Positions 47,190 through 56,454 of a stretch of 64,000 nt of DNA are shown one piece after another. How positions within the stretch are numbered: the stretch's first letter is position 1; every line of letters begins with the position of its first letter. The DNA is taken from positions 32,001 to 96,000 of IMG/VR virus record IMGVR_UViG_3300032242_002636; one strand, 5' to 3'. Source of the DNA: a virus. The notes beneath the pieces are model-generated. The model saw nothing but the letters and a program-made list of their open reading frames with translations, did not search any database and had not been told where the DNA came from. Made by a program: the position numbers and the translations under genes.

Positions 47190-50153
47190 CTATAAATAAA
47201 CTGGTATATAACCAATATAATTTCCATTATAATCAAAAGCAGAAACACGTTTTGAGAATGTACCAAGTGTACCAGCAGTTCCTGTACAATTAAATGCAGG
47301 ATTTGTCATAGTAACTCTACCTTGTGAACTTAAGTTATTAACATAGGTATAATTTACTTGTTTAGCACTTAAACCAGAACCTAATAAGAACGTATTGTCA
47401 TAGTTTGTATAGTTAGCACAACCTCCAGCTATGAAGGAACAAGAACTATTATAGATGTAATTGTTTTTTCCACTTGTAATATTTGAACTATCTACAGTAC
47501 AATTATAAGCGTATATAGTATTACCATGTCCACTTATAATACTGGAATCAAGTAAAAAGCTTATAGGATACGAATAAGCAGAATTAGAATTATTATTACA
47601 TAAAGTATTATTAGAACCACCAGAAATACCTAAATTGTTTATTGCACTATTTAGGTTAGCATTACATATAGTATTATAAGAACCACTAGTAATGTTTGAA
47701 TTATAAAAATAACCACATGTTGCGCCTCCAGATATACTATTATGAGAGCCACCACCTATACTTAGAAAAGAACCGGGATTATAATTACCAAAACCAGAAG
47801 AGTTTATTGAATTCGACTGACCACCTACAATACTTGAATACTCTGCATTAATTGTATTACCACCACCTCCTCCGATATTAGAAGCACCAAGATAAATTGT
47901 ATTACCAGCACCACCCCCGATATTAGAATTACCACCAGAAACTGTATTAGCATTTCCACCAGCTATGTTGGAATAACCACCAGAAACTGTATTAGCCTTT
48001 CCACCAGCTATGTTGGAATAACCACTAAAAACTGTATTATTTTTACCACCAGCAACATTAGAAGCACCACCACAATTAACTAAATTGCTTACACCACCTG
48101 CAATAAAAGAACAAGAAGCATTATAAATAAGATTACCATGACCACCTGCTATACTAGAATCATTTATATTTCTATTTAAACCGCATATACTATTATTACA
48201 ACCGCCAACTATAGATGTATTGGAAAGAGTGCCATAGTAACGAACAGAATTAATATTATTAGAACCACCTGCTATAAATGCATTTGAAAGATTGCTATTA
48301 TTATAACCACAATTACTATTACCACAACCACCTGCTATCGATGTATTTGAAAGAGTGCTGCATAAACCAATACTATTAATATTATTACAACCACCAGCTA
48401 TCGATGTATTTGAAAGAGTGGAGCAGTAACCACTATTACTATTACCAGATCCACCTGCTATCGATGTATTTGAAAGAGTGGAGCAGTAGCAACCACTATT
48501 ACTATTACCAGATCCACCAGCTATCGATGTATTTGAAAGAGTGGAGTAGCAACCACTATTACTATTACCACAACCACCAGCTATCGATGTATTTGAAAGA
48601 GAACTACTAGCACTACAATTGGTATTACTTGAACCACCAGCGATATTTGAATAAAATATACCTCCACCACTGCTATTACTACAACTACTCGTGCTATTAT
48701 TATAGCCACTGATAATACCTGAGCTATTTATACAGCTATAACAGGATTTTATAATATTGTTACAGCCACCAGCAATATTTGAATTACAAATACAGCCATA
48801 ATACGGGTATGTAAGTATTGTATTACTACTTCCCCCAGTAATATTTGAATTACAAATACTAGAATAATAAGCACTATTTGTAGCAATATTGCCACCACAA
48901 GTAGGTGTAATAATATTAGCACCTACACTAGTATTATATTGATATACAGATCCTGCAAAAGCATCACAAAGTAAATAACCAGTCGTTGCATCACAGGTTG
49001 CTACATTTGCACTACCAGTACTTGTTGCATATCCAGAGTTTGTTGCATATGTAGCACTAACAGCAGTACTAGCACTTGTTGCATATCTAGCACTAACAGC
49101 ACTAACAGCAGTACTAGCACTTGTTGCATATCTAGCACTAACAGCACTAACAGCAGTACTAGCACTTGTTGCATATCTAGCACTAACAGCAGTACTAGCA
49201 CTTGTTGCATATGTAGCACTAACAGCACTAACAGCAGTACTAGCACTTGTTGCATATGTAGCATTTGTAGCATTTGCAACTGTTCCATTTAAAGAATAAA
49301 TTGTACCACAAACACAAAGATCGTTTGTATAGGTTGTATTTGAAGCACCAGCTGTTATGCTTGATCCAAGAATAAAGGAATTATCGGCTGTATTTATTGT
49401 ATTATTATGACCACCAGCAATAAATGAACAATTAGAATTATAGATTGAATTACTATCACCACTTGCAATAGCTGAACCATTTGAAGAACCATAATAACTA
49501 GATATGGTATTATTATACCCACCAGCTATATTAGAATTATTTAAAGAACTACGATAACAACCAGATATAGTATTATGAGAACCACCAGCTATATTAGAAT
49601 TTTCAAAAAATACACAATCAGCGTTACTAGTAATTTTATTATTAGAACCACCACCTATGTTTAAAGTACTTGAAACTCCCCAACTTATTGGTGAAGCAGT
49701 TATTAAATTATTTACACCGCCTACAATACTTGAATAATCTGTATTTACAATATTACCACCGCCACCACCGATATTAGAAGCACCACCAGAAACTGTATTA
49801 CCACCGCCGCCACCGATATTAGAAATTTCACCAGAAACTGTATTACTACATCCTCCTCCAATATGAGAAGAATTACTGGCTGCATTATTTAAACCACCAC
49901 CTATTGCTGAGTAATTTCCATAAGCATTATTATTATTACCACCAACTACATTGGCATATAATCCACCAGCTATATTAGATCCCTTTACTGGTTTAATAGA
50001 ATTAGTACCAGAGCCAAAATTATAAACATTATCATTAAGCAAAGCAGATAAAGGAGTCTGATATGTGGTTCCTTGTATATTTGCTATAAGAACTGCACTA
50101 CCCGATACTGTAAAATTATTAAATGGCAACTGACTAATTTTCTTTGTGGACAT
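47190..50153 (-). CDS. Repeat-rich tail fibre / virion fibre protein
   Basis: Dozens of (S/N)I(A/G)GGxxN beta-roll repeats and a central Ser/Thr/Ala repeat. Start MSTKKISQLP at 50153, directly below a perfect TATAAATA. Confidence 0.75.
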   Translation of the reverse strand: MSTKKISQLPFNNFTVSGSAVLIANIQGTTYQTPLSALLNDNVYNFGSGTNSIKPVKGSNIAGGLYANVVGGNNNNAYGNYSAIGGGLNNAASNSSHIGGGCSNTVSGEISNIGGGGGNTVSGGASNIGGGGGNIVNTDYSSIVGGVNNLITASPISWGVSSTLNIGGGSNNKITSNADCVFFENSNIAGGSHNTISGCYRSSLNNSNIAGGYNNTISSYYGSSNGSAIASGDSNSIYNSNCSFIAGGHNNTINTADNSFILGSSITAGASNTTYTNDLCVCGTIYSLNGTVANATNATYATSASTAVSAVSATYATSASTAVSARYATSASTAVSAVSARYATSASTAVSAVSARYATSASTAVSATYATNSGYATSTGSANVATCDATTGYLLCDAFAGSVYQYNTSVGANIITPTCGGNIATNSAYYSSICNSNITGGSSNTILTYPYYGCICNSNIAGGCNNIIKSCYSCINSSGIISGYNNSTSSCSNSSGGGIFYSNIAGGSSNTNCSASSSLSNTSIAGGCGNSNSGCYSTLSNTSIAGGSGNSNSGCYCSTLSNTSIAGGSGNSNSGYCSTLSNTSIAGGCNNINSIGLCSTLSNTSIAGGCGNSNCGYNNSNLSNAFIAGGSNNINSVRYYGTLSNTSIVGGCNNSICGLNRNINDSSIAGGHGNLIYNASCSFIAGGVSNLVNCGGASNVAGGKNNTVFSGYSNIAGGKANTVSGGYSNIAGGNANTVSGGNSNIGGGAGNTIYLGASNIGGGGGNTINAEYSSIVGGQSNSINSSGFGNYNPGSFLSIGGGSHNSISGGATCGYFYNSNITSGSYNTICNANLNSAINNLGISGGSNNTLCNNNSNSAYSYPISFLLDSSIISGHGNTIYAYNCTVDSSNITSGKNNYIYNSSCSFIAGGCANYTNYDNTFLLGSGLSAKQVNYTYVNNLSSQGRVTMTNPAFNCTGTAGTLGTFSKRVSAFDYNGNYIGYIPVYL
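48310..48605 (-). repeat. Five near-identical 60-63 bp tandem repeats (LSNTSIAGG.GNSNSG)
   Basis: gctatcgatgtatttgaaag recurs at about 60-bp spacing. Confidence 0.85.
49051..49257 (-). repeat. Five near-perfect 36/45 bp tandem repeats encoding YATSASTAVSA(VSA)
   Basis: gcactaacagcagtactagcacttgttgcata is repeated five times. Confidence 0.9.
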
Positions 50154-50158
50154 AAAGT

Positions 50159-50190
50159 TATTTATATTTATCTCAATAGGAAGGTAAATA
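50159..50190. promoter_or_regulatory. Divergent late promoters (TATAAATA on minus for the fibre, TAAATA on plus)
   Basis: tatttata at 50159-50166 is the exact T4 late consensus on the minus strand. taaata at 50185-50190. Confidence 0.65.
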
Positions 50191-50201
50191 GTCATAATCA
50201 A

Positions 50202-50546
50202 ATGAGCAAATTCTTAAAATTAATAAATTCCGTAATAATAGAACAGGGATTAAATGAATTCCCTGAAAAGACTGATGATGCAGCAGAACCTAAATCTATG
50301 GATTCTGATATTCCTTCTGCACTTCCTGAACCTAAAGATATAGCATTAGACGTTGTAAAGTATAAAACACTTTTAAAGGCTCTCAGAGAAGCACTTTATA
50401 ATTCAGCAAAAGATAATATTGAAAAACAAAGAGAGATTTCTAATATTGATGTTGATGTTGATGATGTTGAAAAGCTCAAACAAGTTGAAGACCAACTTAT
50501 GGGATTTTTAGATCAGTCAGAAACTATTCCTACAACACAAGAATAA
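50202..50546 (+). CDS. Acidic late protein, possible internal head protein
   Basis: Start MSKFLKLINSVIIE at 50202, downstream of TAAATA. Confidence 0.55.
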   Translation: MSKFLKLINSVIIEQGLNEFPEKTDDAAEPKSMDSDIPSALPEPKDIALDVVKYKTLLKALREALYNSAKDNIEKQREISNIDVDVDDVEKLKQVEDQLMGFLDQSETIPTTQE

Positions 50547-50547
50547 C

Positions 50548-50575
50548 TTGATTTTATTCATTTCTTTGGTAAAAT
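50548..50575 (+). promoter_or_regulatory. sigma70-type promoter TTGATT-16-TAAAAT (extended -10)
   Basis: -10 ends 6 nt before the ATG at 50582. Confidence 0.65.
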
Positions 50576-50581
50576 AGGGGA

Positions 50582-50854
50582 ATGAAGAATTATTCTGTAG
50601 AAAACTTAACCGAAGATCAACTTAGATTGGTAGTCGAAGCATTATTGTTTTCTGCCTCAACTTCTGTTAATGCACGTTGGTATTCAGAAGAGGATGAATC
50701 CTTGATGAAACTTGCTTTGGATCTCAGAAAAAAATATCCAGAAGTTCTTATGAAGAATATCTTCATTCTAAAAGAAAAGGAATATCATGATCAATTCGCA
50801 GGAGATATTGTTGATTATTTCCCTGAGATCGTAGAAACCGCACCAGTTTTATGA
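50582..50854 (+). CDS. Hypothetical protein
   Basis: 90-aa ORF with its own promoter and an ATGA overlap with the kinase. Confidence 0.6.
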   Translation: MKNYSVENLTEDQLRLVVEALLFSASTSVNARWYSEEDESLMKLALDLRKKYPEVLMKNIFILKEKEYHDQFAGDIVDYFPEIVETAPVL

Positions 50855-51492
50855 AAATAGCCGTATCAGGTACACATTGCCAAGGAAAAAGTACTTACAT
50901 AAAAGACTTTTTGAAAACATGGACTAACTATAAGACACCAGAAAAGTCTTATAGAGATTACATCAAGGAACAAAACCTTCCACATTCTAAAGAAGGAACC
51001 GAAGAGAGTCAGCAGATTATTCTCAATGCTCTTCTTGATCAGGCACAGGAATATTCAAAGAATGATAATGTCATTTTTGATCGTTGTATTCTTGATAATC
51101 TTGCCTATTCTTCTTGGCTTAATCTTAACGGAAAAGTTTCTGATAAATTCTTGGATGAATCAAGAATCCTTATCCGTGAAGCACTCAAGACTTTTGATGT
51201 AATTTTCTTTGTTCCTCTTACAAAGGTTGCACCTGTAGAATTCAAAGAAGATGATCTTCGTGACAATGATCTTGTCTACCGTGAGGAGATTGACAACATC
51301 TTTAAGGTATTTGTTCAGTCTTTCCATCAGGGAGACGGAAGAGTATTTGCTGCTGATGATGCTCCTCCTATCATTGAAATCTTTGGTAATCCTATTGAGC
51401 GTATTGAAATGACAAAGCTCTATATTACAGAAGAGGGACAGCCATATGGAGAAGACAAGAGTTTAATTTCTGACATTTATACAGGTATCTAG
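50851..51492 (+). CDS. P-loop nucleotide kinase (AAA_28 / thymidylate-kinase-like)
   Basis: IAVSGTHCQGKST and FDRCILDNLAY motifs. Confidence 0.8.
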   Translation: MKIAVSGTHCQGKSTYIKDFLKTWTNYKTPEKSYRDYIKEQNLPHSKEGTEESQQIILNALLDQAQEYSKNDNVIFDRCILDNLAYSSWLNLNGKVSDKFLDESRILIREALKTFDVIFFVPLTKVAPVEFKEDDLRDNDLVYREEIDNIFKVFVQSFHQGDGRVFAADDAPPIIEIFGNPIERIEMTKLYITEEGQPYGEDKSLISDIYTGI

Positions 51493-51513
51493 GATAAATA
51501 TCATATATTATAT

Positions 51514-52293
51514 ATGAAATTTGATGTCTTAGCAGAAAGTATTATATCCTCCTTAGTAAACGAAGGTCGTTTAGCAAAGGCTTCTAAGTTTGCAAACATT
51601 TCTGTTGATGCAGAAAAGCTTGCAGAGAAGTTAAATGCTGGTGATTTTGAAATTCTAACAAAGGGATGGGCTGGTAATCCTAGATATGCAAGTCTTTCAG
51701 AAGACGAAATCAAGGATGTCATAAAAAACGTAGCTACTCAAATTACAGAGTATCAACCTTCTTCATACCAAGACTTAAATTCAACAATCGAAGGTGTTGT
51801 TGATAATGTTTATGCTAATAAAGGTCCAAATAGAAAGACCTATAATACCAGACTTACAAAGGCAATTGCAAATCTTATTACCCATAAAGAATATGGATTA
51901 GTTTCAATCGGTGAATCTCCAAAAACACAGGAGAATGAATACGATATCGAAGGTCTTTCACAAGTAGAATCTGCTGTTTTAGATTTTATTACACAGGCTG
52001 ATGTACCAACAAACATCAAAGATGTTGAGACACAGTTTGCCAATGGAAGTGATATCGTAGATTCCTTGGTAGAAAAGGGATTTGTAAAGAGAGAAGGTGA
52101 TATCTTAACCGCTCCTGACAGTGAAGAAGGTGGTAAGGTATTGGATGTTGAAGATGAGGACGAGGAAGATCCTCTAGAGGCAGAACCAGATGTTGCCAGA
52201 GCATATAGAAGTACAGTAGGAAATACAAGAAGCTACGATGATGACAATAGCGATGATACTTCTATGGGATATGTCCCATCTTGGGAGAGATAA
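51514..52293 (+). CDS. Acidic late protein with C-terminal winged-helix-like segment, possible internal head protein
   Basis: TAAATA at 51495-51500. N-terminus MKFDVLAESIISSLVNE, plus IVDSLVEKGFVKREG. Confidence 0.5.
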   Translation: MKFDVLAESIISSLVNEGRLAKASKFANISVDAEKLAEKLNAGDFEILTKGWAGNPRYASLSEDEIKDVIKNVATQITEYQPSSYQDLNSTIEGVVDNVYANKGPNRKTYNTRLTKAIANLITHKEYGLVSIGESPKTQENEYDIEGLSQVESAVLDFITQADVPTNIKDVETQFANGSDIVDSLVEKGFVKREGDILTAPDSEEGGKVLDVEDEDEEDPLEAEPDVARAYRSTVGNTRSYDDDNSDDTSMGYVPSWER

Positions 52294-52300
52294 AAAAACT

Positions 52301-52328
52301 TTGACATTTCAGTAGTTTTTAGTATACT
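52301..52328 (+). promoter_or_regulatory. sigma70 promoter TTGACA-16-TATACT for primase
   Basis: Consensus -35. The -10 ends 6 nt before the GTG at 52335. Confidence 0.75.
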
Positions 52329-52334
52329 GGTTTA

Positions 52335-53291
52335 GTGAATCAGATACCTTCAAACTATCTTTTAGAGAAGTTTTACACTTATGCAGGTGCTCCTTCTTAT
52401 AATAAGTTTACAAAGGTATATTGTGGATCTTGTCCTGTCTGTAGGGAAGGAAAAAGCTGGTTAAAGAAGAAGAGATTATTCTTTTATCCTACTACCAATA
52501 GCTTTTATTGTTTTAATTGTACTAAATCATGGAATTCATATACATGGTTGTATGCTGTAACAGGAATGACCAAAGAAGAAATCCATGCAGAAGTACGTTC
52601 TGGTGATTCTTCTCGTGATATCTCACAAGAGATAAACAAAAAGAAGACGTTCAATCGTCAATCAATGCTTCTTCCTCATGATTCTATCAATTTAAATGAA
52701 TTACAGCAGAGATCATATTATGGATCTAATGTATATGTTAAAGCAGCATTGGGATATATTGAAAGAAGAAAGTTAAATACGGCAGTAAATCGAAATCCAG
52801 CTTATTATATAAGCTTAACTGATAATTTTCATAGTAATAGACTTTGTATTCCTTACTATGATACGGATAAGAAGATAGTTTTTTATCAGACTCGTTCCTT
52901 GGATGGTACTGAACCTCGTTATCTAAATAAGGTAGGATGTGATAAGACTCTATTTGGTATTGAGCGAATAGATCCTAACCTAGATTATATATTCTTATTT
53001 GAAGGACCAATTGATGCAATGATGGTAAAGAATGGTGTTGCTGTAGCAGGGCTTACGTTAACCGAATCTCAAAAAAGACAACTCGCACAATTCCCTTTTC
53101 ATCAAAAGATATGGGTTTTGGATAATCCTAAAATGGATAAAGCAGCTAGTGATAATACCAAAAAAATAACTATCGAAGGAGAGAAGGTATTTAGATGGCT
53201 AGACAAGCCATATAAAGACTTTAATGAATGGGCTGTGGCAGAAAATCTTAATGAAATTGACTATAATATTATTATAGAAAATTTATATTAA
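52335..53291 (+). CDS. DNA primase gp61
   Basis: Zn ribbon CPVC..YCFNC, RLCIP, TOPRIM FEGPIDA, LDN and KDFNE motifs. Confidence 0.92.
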   Translation: MNQIPSNYLLEKFYTYAGAPSYNKFTKVYCGSCPVCREGKSWLKKKRLFFYPTTNSFYCFNCTKSWNSYTWLYAVTGMTKEEIHAEVRSGDSSRDISQEINKKKTFNRQSMLLPHDSINLNELQQRSYYGSNVYVKAALGYIERRKLNTAVNRNPAYYISLTDNFHSNRLCIPYYDTDKKIVFYQTRSLDGTEPRYLNKVGCDKTLFGIERIDPNLDYIFLFEGPIDAMMVKNGVAVAGLTLTESQKRQLAQFPFHQKIWVLDNPKMDKAASDNTKKITIEGEKVFRWLDKPYKDFNEWAVAENLNEIDYNIIIENLY

Positions 53292-53941
53292 GCACTCTTT
53301 AGGTTTTCAGAATCTCGTAGCTTTTTTGGAGCCATGATAATGAATGAATTAAGAACTTCTTTAAGTTTCTCAATTTCACCAGCGATACGAGTGATAGAAT
53401 CAGAAGCCTTACGAGTTACACCACGGAGTAAACTTCCTGCCTTGTCGTTATCAGCAAGGATTTTGTGAAGTGATTCGGTTGAAGGATCATTTAAGAATTC
53501 AGCGAATTCATTGAGCTTACCAGACCAATCCTTGATCTTCTTGATACTTTCTGTTGAAATGTTAGGATCAAGACCTTCTATATCAAAGTTTTCTTTGTCT
53601 GTTTCTGGTTCTAATGATTTATCGAAATCTGCTTTTGTAGCATCAGGAGTAAAGTCTTTAGGAGCCTTTTGTTCTTCATCAGCAATATTTTCAGATGGAA
53701 TATCAGCAACTTCCTCATCAGCTTCTTTTAAGAGATGAGAATAAAAACTACGAACGAAGGGAAGATCCGCTTCAGTTAGATTTTGCTTCTTGATTATAGA
53801 TTCGATGGATTCTTTCATATGTGGATTAGGAATTGGTAATATATTACTTACTAAAATTCTACTTATCTCCTTCTTTGCCTTTTTGCATACAGGAGGAATA
53901 GTTGTTTTAGGGCTTTTTAACTTGATTTTCTTCTTAGCCAT
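53288..53941 (-). CDS. Hypothetical late protein
   Basis: TATAAGTA at 53951-53958 (minus strand) upstream. Acidic middle and helical C-terminus. Confidence 0.55.
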   Translation of the reverse strand: MAKKKIKLKSPKTTIPPVCKKAKKEISRILVSNILPIPNPHMKESIESIIKKQNLTEADLPFVRSFYSHLLKEADEEVADIPSENIADEEQKAPKDFTPDATKADFDKSLEPETDKENFDIEGLDPNISTESIKKIKDWSGKLNEFAEFLNDPSTESLHKILADNDKAGSLLRGVTRKASDSITRIAGEIEKLKEVLNSFIIMAPKKLRDSENLKSA

Positions 53942-53990
53942 GCGATAATATACTTATATTTACTCCAAAATAGTTTAAATTATATAAAAT

Positions 53991-54662
53991 ATGAATGAAG
54001 AATATAAATTTATTATTGCAACACCACATTCTAGACAAGAATTTGCAGAAAAAAGTGCCATAGCCATTACTTTAGACAAATTAGGAATAGTTGCTGAGGT
54101 TCTTTATGACAATAAAGAAGGCTTAACAAAGATTTATAACAGATATATAACCGAAGAATACAGAGGCAAAAAGCTAATTTTTGTACATGATGATGTACTC
54201 ATAGAAGATTTATTCCTTATAGACAAGCTTAATCTGGCTTTTGAGAAGTTTGATGTTGTTGGATTAGCTGGAGCAAAGCAATGCGATCTAAATGCACCTA
54301 TGATGGCATGGCATTTAATGGCTCCTAAAGAGAGTTATGTAGGTGAGGTAGCTCATAGCAAGGATGGAATAAACTGGACAACAGTTTTTGGACAAACTCC
54401 ATCAAGAGCATTGATGATTGATGGTCTTTTTATTGCTGTTAATGTTGGTAAATTACTTGATACCAACACTCGTTTTGATGAAGATTTTGATTTTCATCAT
54501 TATGATATATCATTCTGCTTGATTGCTAATAGAAATAAGCTTAAGATAGGTGTATATCCAATCAGAGTTGTACATTTTGGTTTGGGAGACAGTATGATGT
54601 CACCTGAATGGAATAAAAGCCAAGTTATATTCAAAAACAAGTATTCTAAATTAACAAATTAA
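53991..54662 (+). CDS. GT-A glycosyltransferase-like protein (Glyco_tranf_2_5-like)
   Basis: IYN..FVHDDV, VVGLAG, IDGLFIA and FDEDFDFHHYDISFC motifs. Confidence 0.8.
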   Translation: MNEEYKFIIATPHSRQEFAEKSAIAITLDKLGIVAEVLYDNKEGLTKIYNRYITEEYRGKKLIFVHDDVLIEDLFLIDKLNLAFEKFDVVGLAGAKQCDLNAPMMAWHLMAPKESYVGEVAHSKDGINWTTVFGQTPSRALMIDGLFIAVNVGKLLDTNTRFDEDFDFHHYDISFCLIANRNKLKIGVYPIRVVHFGLGDSMMSPEWNKSQVIFKNKYSKLTN

Positions 54663-55054
54663 TGGTAAAGAAGTCATTTAATAACGATCTTTTTGGGTAT
54701 CTTGATTGGATACTAAAAAAAAGAGGAGCAGAACCTTCTGAACAGAGTATTCCTTATCCTTTTTTAGTCAATAGATGGCTTTCTATGGCAGATCCTTTAA
54801 TAGCACAAATAGTAAATGCTACTACAAATAAATGGATAGTAGAAAATGGCATTGCAACCGATGGTGTTATGATGGGAAAATTCTTTAGAGTAATTTTACC
54901 TAAGTTTACAGGGAAAATTAACTATATTAAAAAAGCATTTAAGGAAAAAGATCACGAAGACTCTTCAAATATTGCACAAAATATGCAACTCTCTATTAGA
55001 GAAATAGAAATATACGAAAAAACACTTGCAGAAATTAAAAAGACTGTTAAATAA
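54662..55054 (+). CDS. Clamp loader small subunit (gp62-like)
   Basis: LFGYLDWI..PFLVNRWLSM..YIKK pattern of gp62. Confidence 0.65.
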   Translation: MVKKSFNNDLFGYLDWILKKRGAEPSEQSIPYPFLVNRWLSMADPLIAQIVNATTNKWIVENGIATDGVMMGKFFRVILPKFTGKINYIKKAFKEKDHEDSSNIAQNMQLSIREIEIYEKTLAEIKKTVK

Positions 55055-55059
55055 AACAT

Positions 55060-55473
55060 ATGATACAAAGACCCGAATTAGAAGATAGAATTGGTGGATT
55101 AGTGCAGATTGATGACTATAAAGGAAGTAACTTTGAGTTAGATGGATGGGAACTGACATCAGTATTAGATGATATTTTAATGGTTCAGTTCGTTGATATC
55201 AACGAAGATGGTGATATGGTAAAGCGTGGAAGCATGTGGGTTCCTATTAATGCTGTAAATCATGTATGGAGAATCGGTAGAGTGCTTTTAGCTGGACCAA
55301 ATTGTAAAACAGTTAAGGAAGGAGATCATATAGTATTCCCTAATGACAGAGGAATACAAGTTTCAAATCTTAATGGATTGAAACATATTGTCTTCTTGAA
55401 TGAAGCAAGAATTTTTGGTATTTGCAAAACAAAAACTACCGAAGATACTGCTAAGAAGTCTAAGAAAAAGTAA
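55060..55473 (+). CDS. GroES-like co-chaperonin
   Basis: LDDILMV, GRVLLAGPNCKTVKEGDHIVF and FLNEARIFG motifs. Confidence 0.8.
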   Translation: MIQRPELEDRIGGLVQIDDYKGSNFELDGWELTSVLDDILMVQFVDINEDGDMVKRGSMWVPINAVNHVWRIGRVLLAGPNCKTVKEGDHIVFPNDRGIQVSNLNGLKHIVFLNEARIFGICKTKTTEDTAKKSKKK

Positions 55474-55857
55474 GTGAAATTATCTTGGGATGGTCTCTAT
55501 AATTTATGTCAGGTAAACTTGGTTGAAATAAAGTTTACTAGAAGACTACAATTTATAGGTAGACCTCCTTCCCGAAGAATGTTAGCTACTTTAGATGGAC
55601 AATTATTAAATTCAAAAGAAGGAATGGAAATTTTAAATTTTAAACCACCGATGAGAAGTCCTGCCTATGATGCTAAATCAAAAGGACTATTAACTGTTTG
55701 GGATTTACTATTCCAAGATTGGAGAAACATTCCTGTTACTAATTGTGATGTTATAGCAACGGTTCCTAGTAGACCTCCTGATAAATTTTGGGAATACTTT
55801 AACAAAGTTATTGGTAAAATGTCAGCAGCACAAAAAGCTGCATTTGTAGATAGATGA
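55474..55857 (+). CDS. Hypothetical protein (DUF2693/WYL-like SH3 fold)
   Basis: VEIKFTRR..RRMLATL..VWDLLFQDWRNI pattern. Confidence 0.55.
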   Translation: MKLSWDGLYNLCQVNLVEIKFTRRLQFIGRPPSRRMLATLDGQLLNSKEGMEILNFKPPMRSPAYDAKSKGLLTVWDLLFQDWRNIPVTNCDVIATVPSRPPDKFWEYFNKVIGKMSAAQKAAFVDR

Positions 55858-56213
55858 ATATTACCAAAACTCCAATTGAAGAAGCTTGTAAGTTTTTGTT
55901 GCAAAAAACTATGACTCTGGAACTTAATAATAAAGTTCATAAGCAGGGAAAATTGATTCTTTTTTATCAAAAGAATTTTTACTTGACTTTTATTATGGAT
56001 ACTGTTAAAAAGAAGAAAGAAAAGATAGAAATACCCATTCCTTTTGAGGTAGAAATACATGAAGAAGATAACTTGGTATATTTCGATTATAGATTGAAAA
56101 CGCTTGCCAAACATGCTCCTGAAGTAGAAAATTACCTCAAAGTATATTCATCAAAGAAAACCTCAAACAAATTTTGGAATGCAATTTTGACAATAGATGC
56201 AAAACTCAAATAA
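55854..56213 (+). CDS. Hypothetical protein
   Basis: 119-aa ORF with an ATGA-type overlap. Confidence 0.55.
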   Translation: MNITKTPIEEACKFLLQKTMTLELNNKVHKQGKLILFYQKNFYLTFIMDTVKKKKEKIEIPIPFEVEIHEEDNLVYFDYRLKTLAKHAPEVENYLKVYSSKKTSNKFWNAILTIDAKLK

Positions 56214-56454
56214 AATGTTAATGTATAGTGTTTTTTCTGGAAATTTTTATGATATTCCAGAAAAAGATTTTCCCTTAATGGATGTAGGTCAGCTTCCTTT
56301 AATCAAAAAGCCTTCCTCTAATTGTCCTAAATGCCACGGAAGAGGACATACAGGTAGAGATACACAAACATTTGGATATTCTGTATGTTCTTGTGTACGA
56401 AAGGTGATAAACCATGATATAATTAGACATGCTGAAAACATTACCATTGGTTGA
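56197..56454 (+). CDS. Small zinc-ribbon protein
   Basis: CPKCHGRG...CSC. Confidence 0.55.
   Translation: MQNSNKMLMYSVFSGNFYDIPEKDFPLMDVGQLPLIKKPSSNCPKCHGRGHTGRDTQTFGYSVCSCVRKVINHDIIRHAENITIG

Noticed and set aside
48310-49257. Tandem repeats as a CRISPR array or DGR template/variable repeats
   Set aside because: The repeats are in-frame coding units without unique spacers. There are no cas genes, no reverse transcriptase and no adenine-specific mismatch pattern.
49001-49288. Alternative-frame ORFs 49001-49288 (-) and 48404-48610 (+)
   Set aside because: Shadow ORFs created by the in-frame repeats of the fibre gene.
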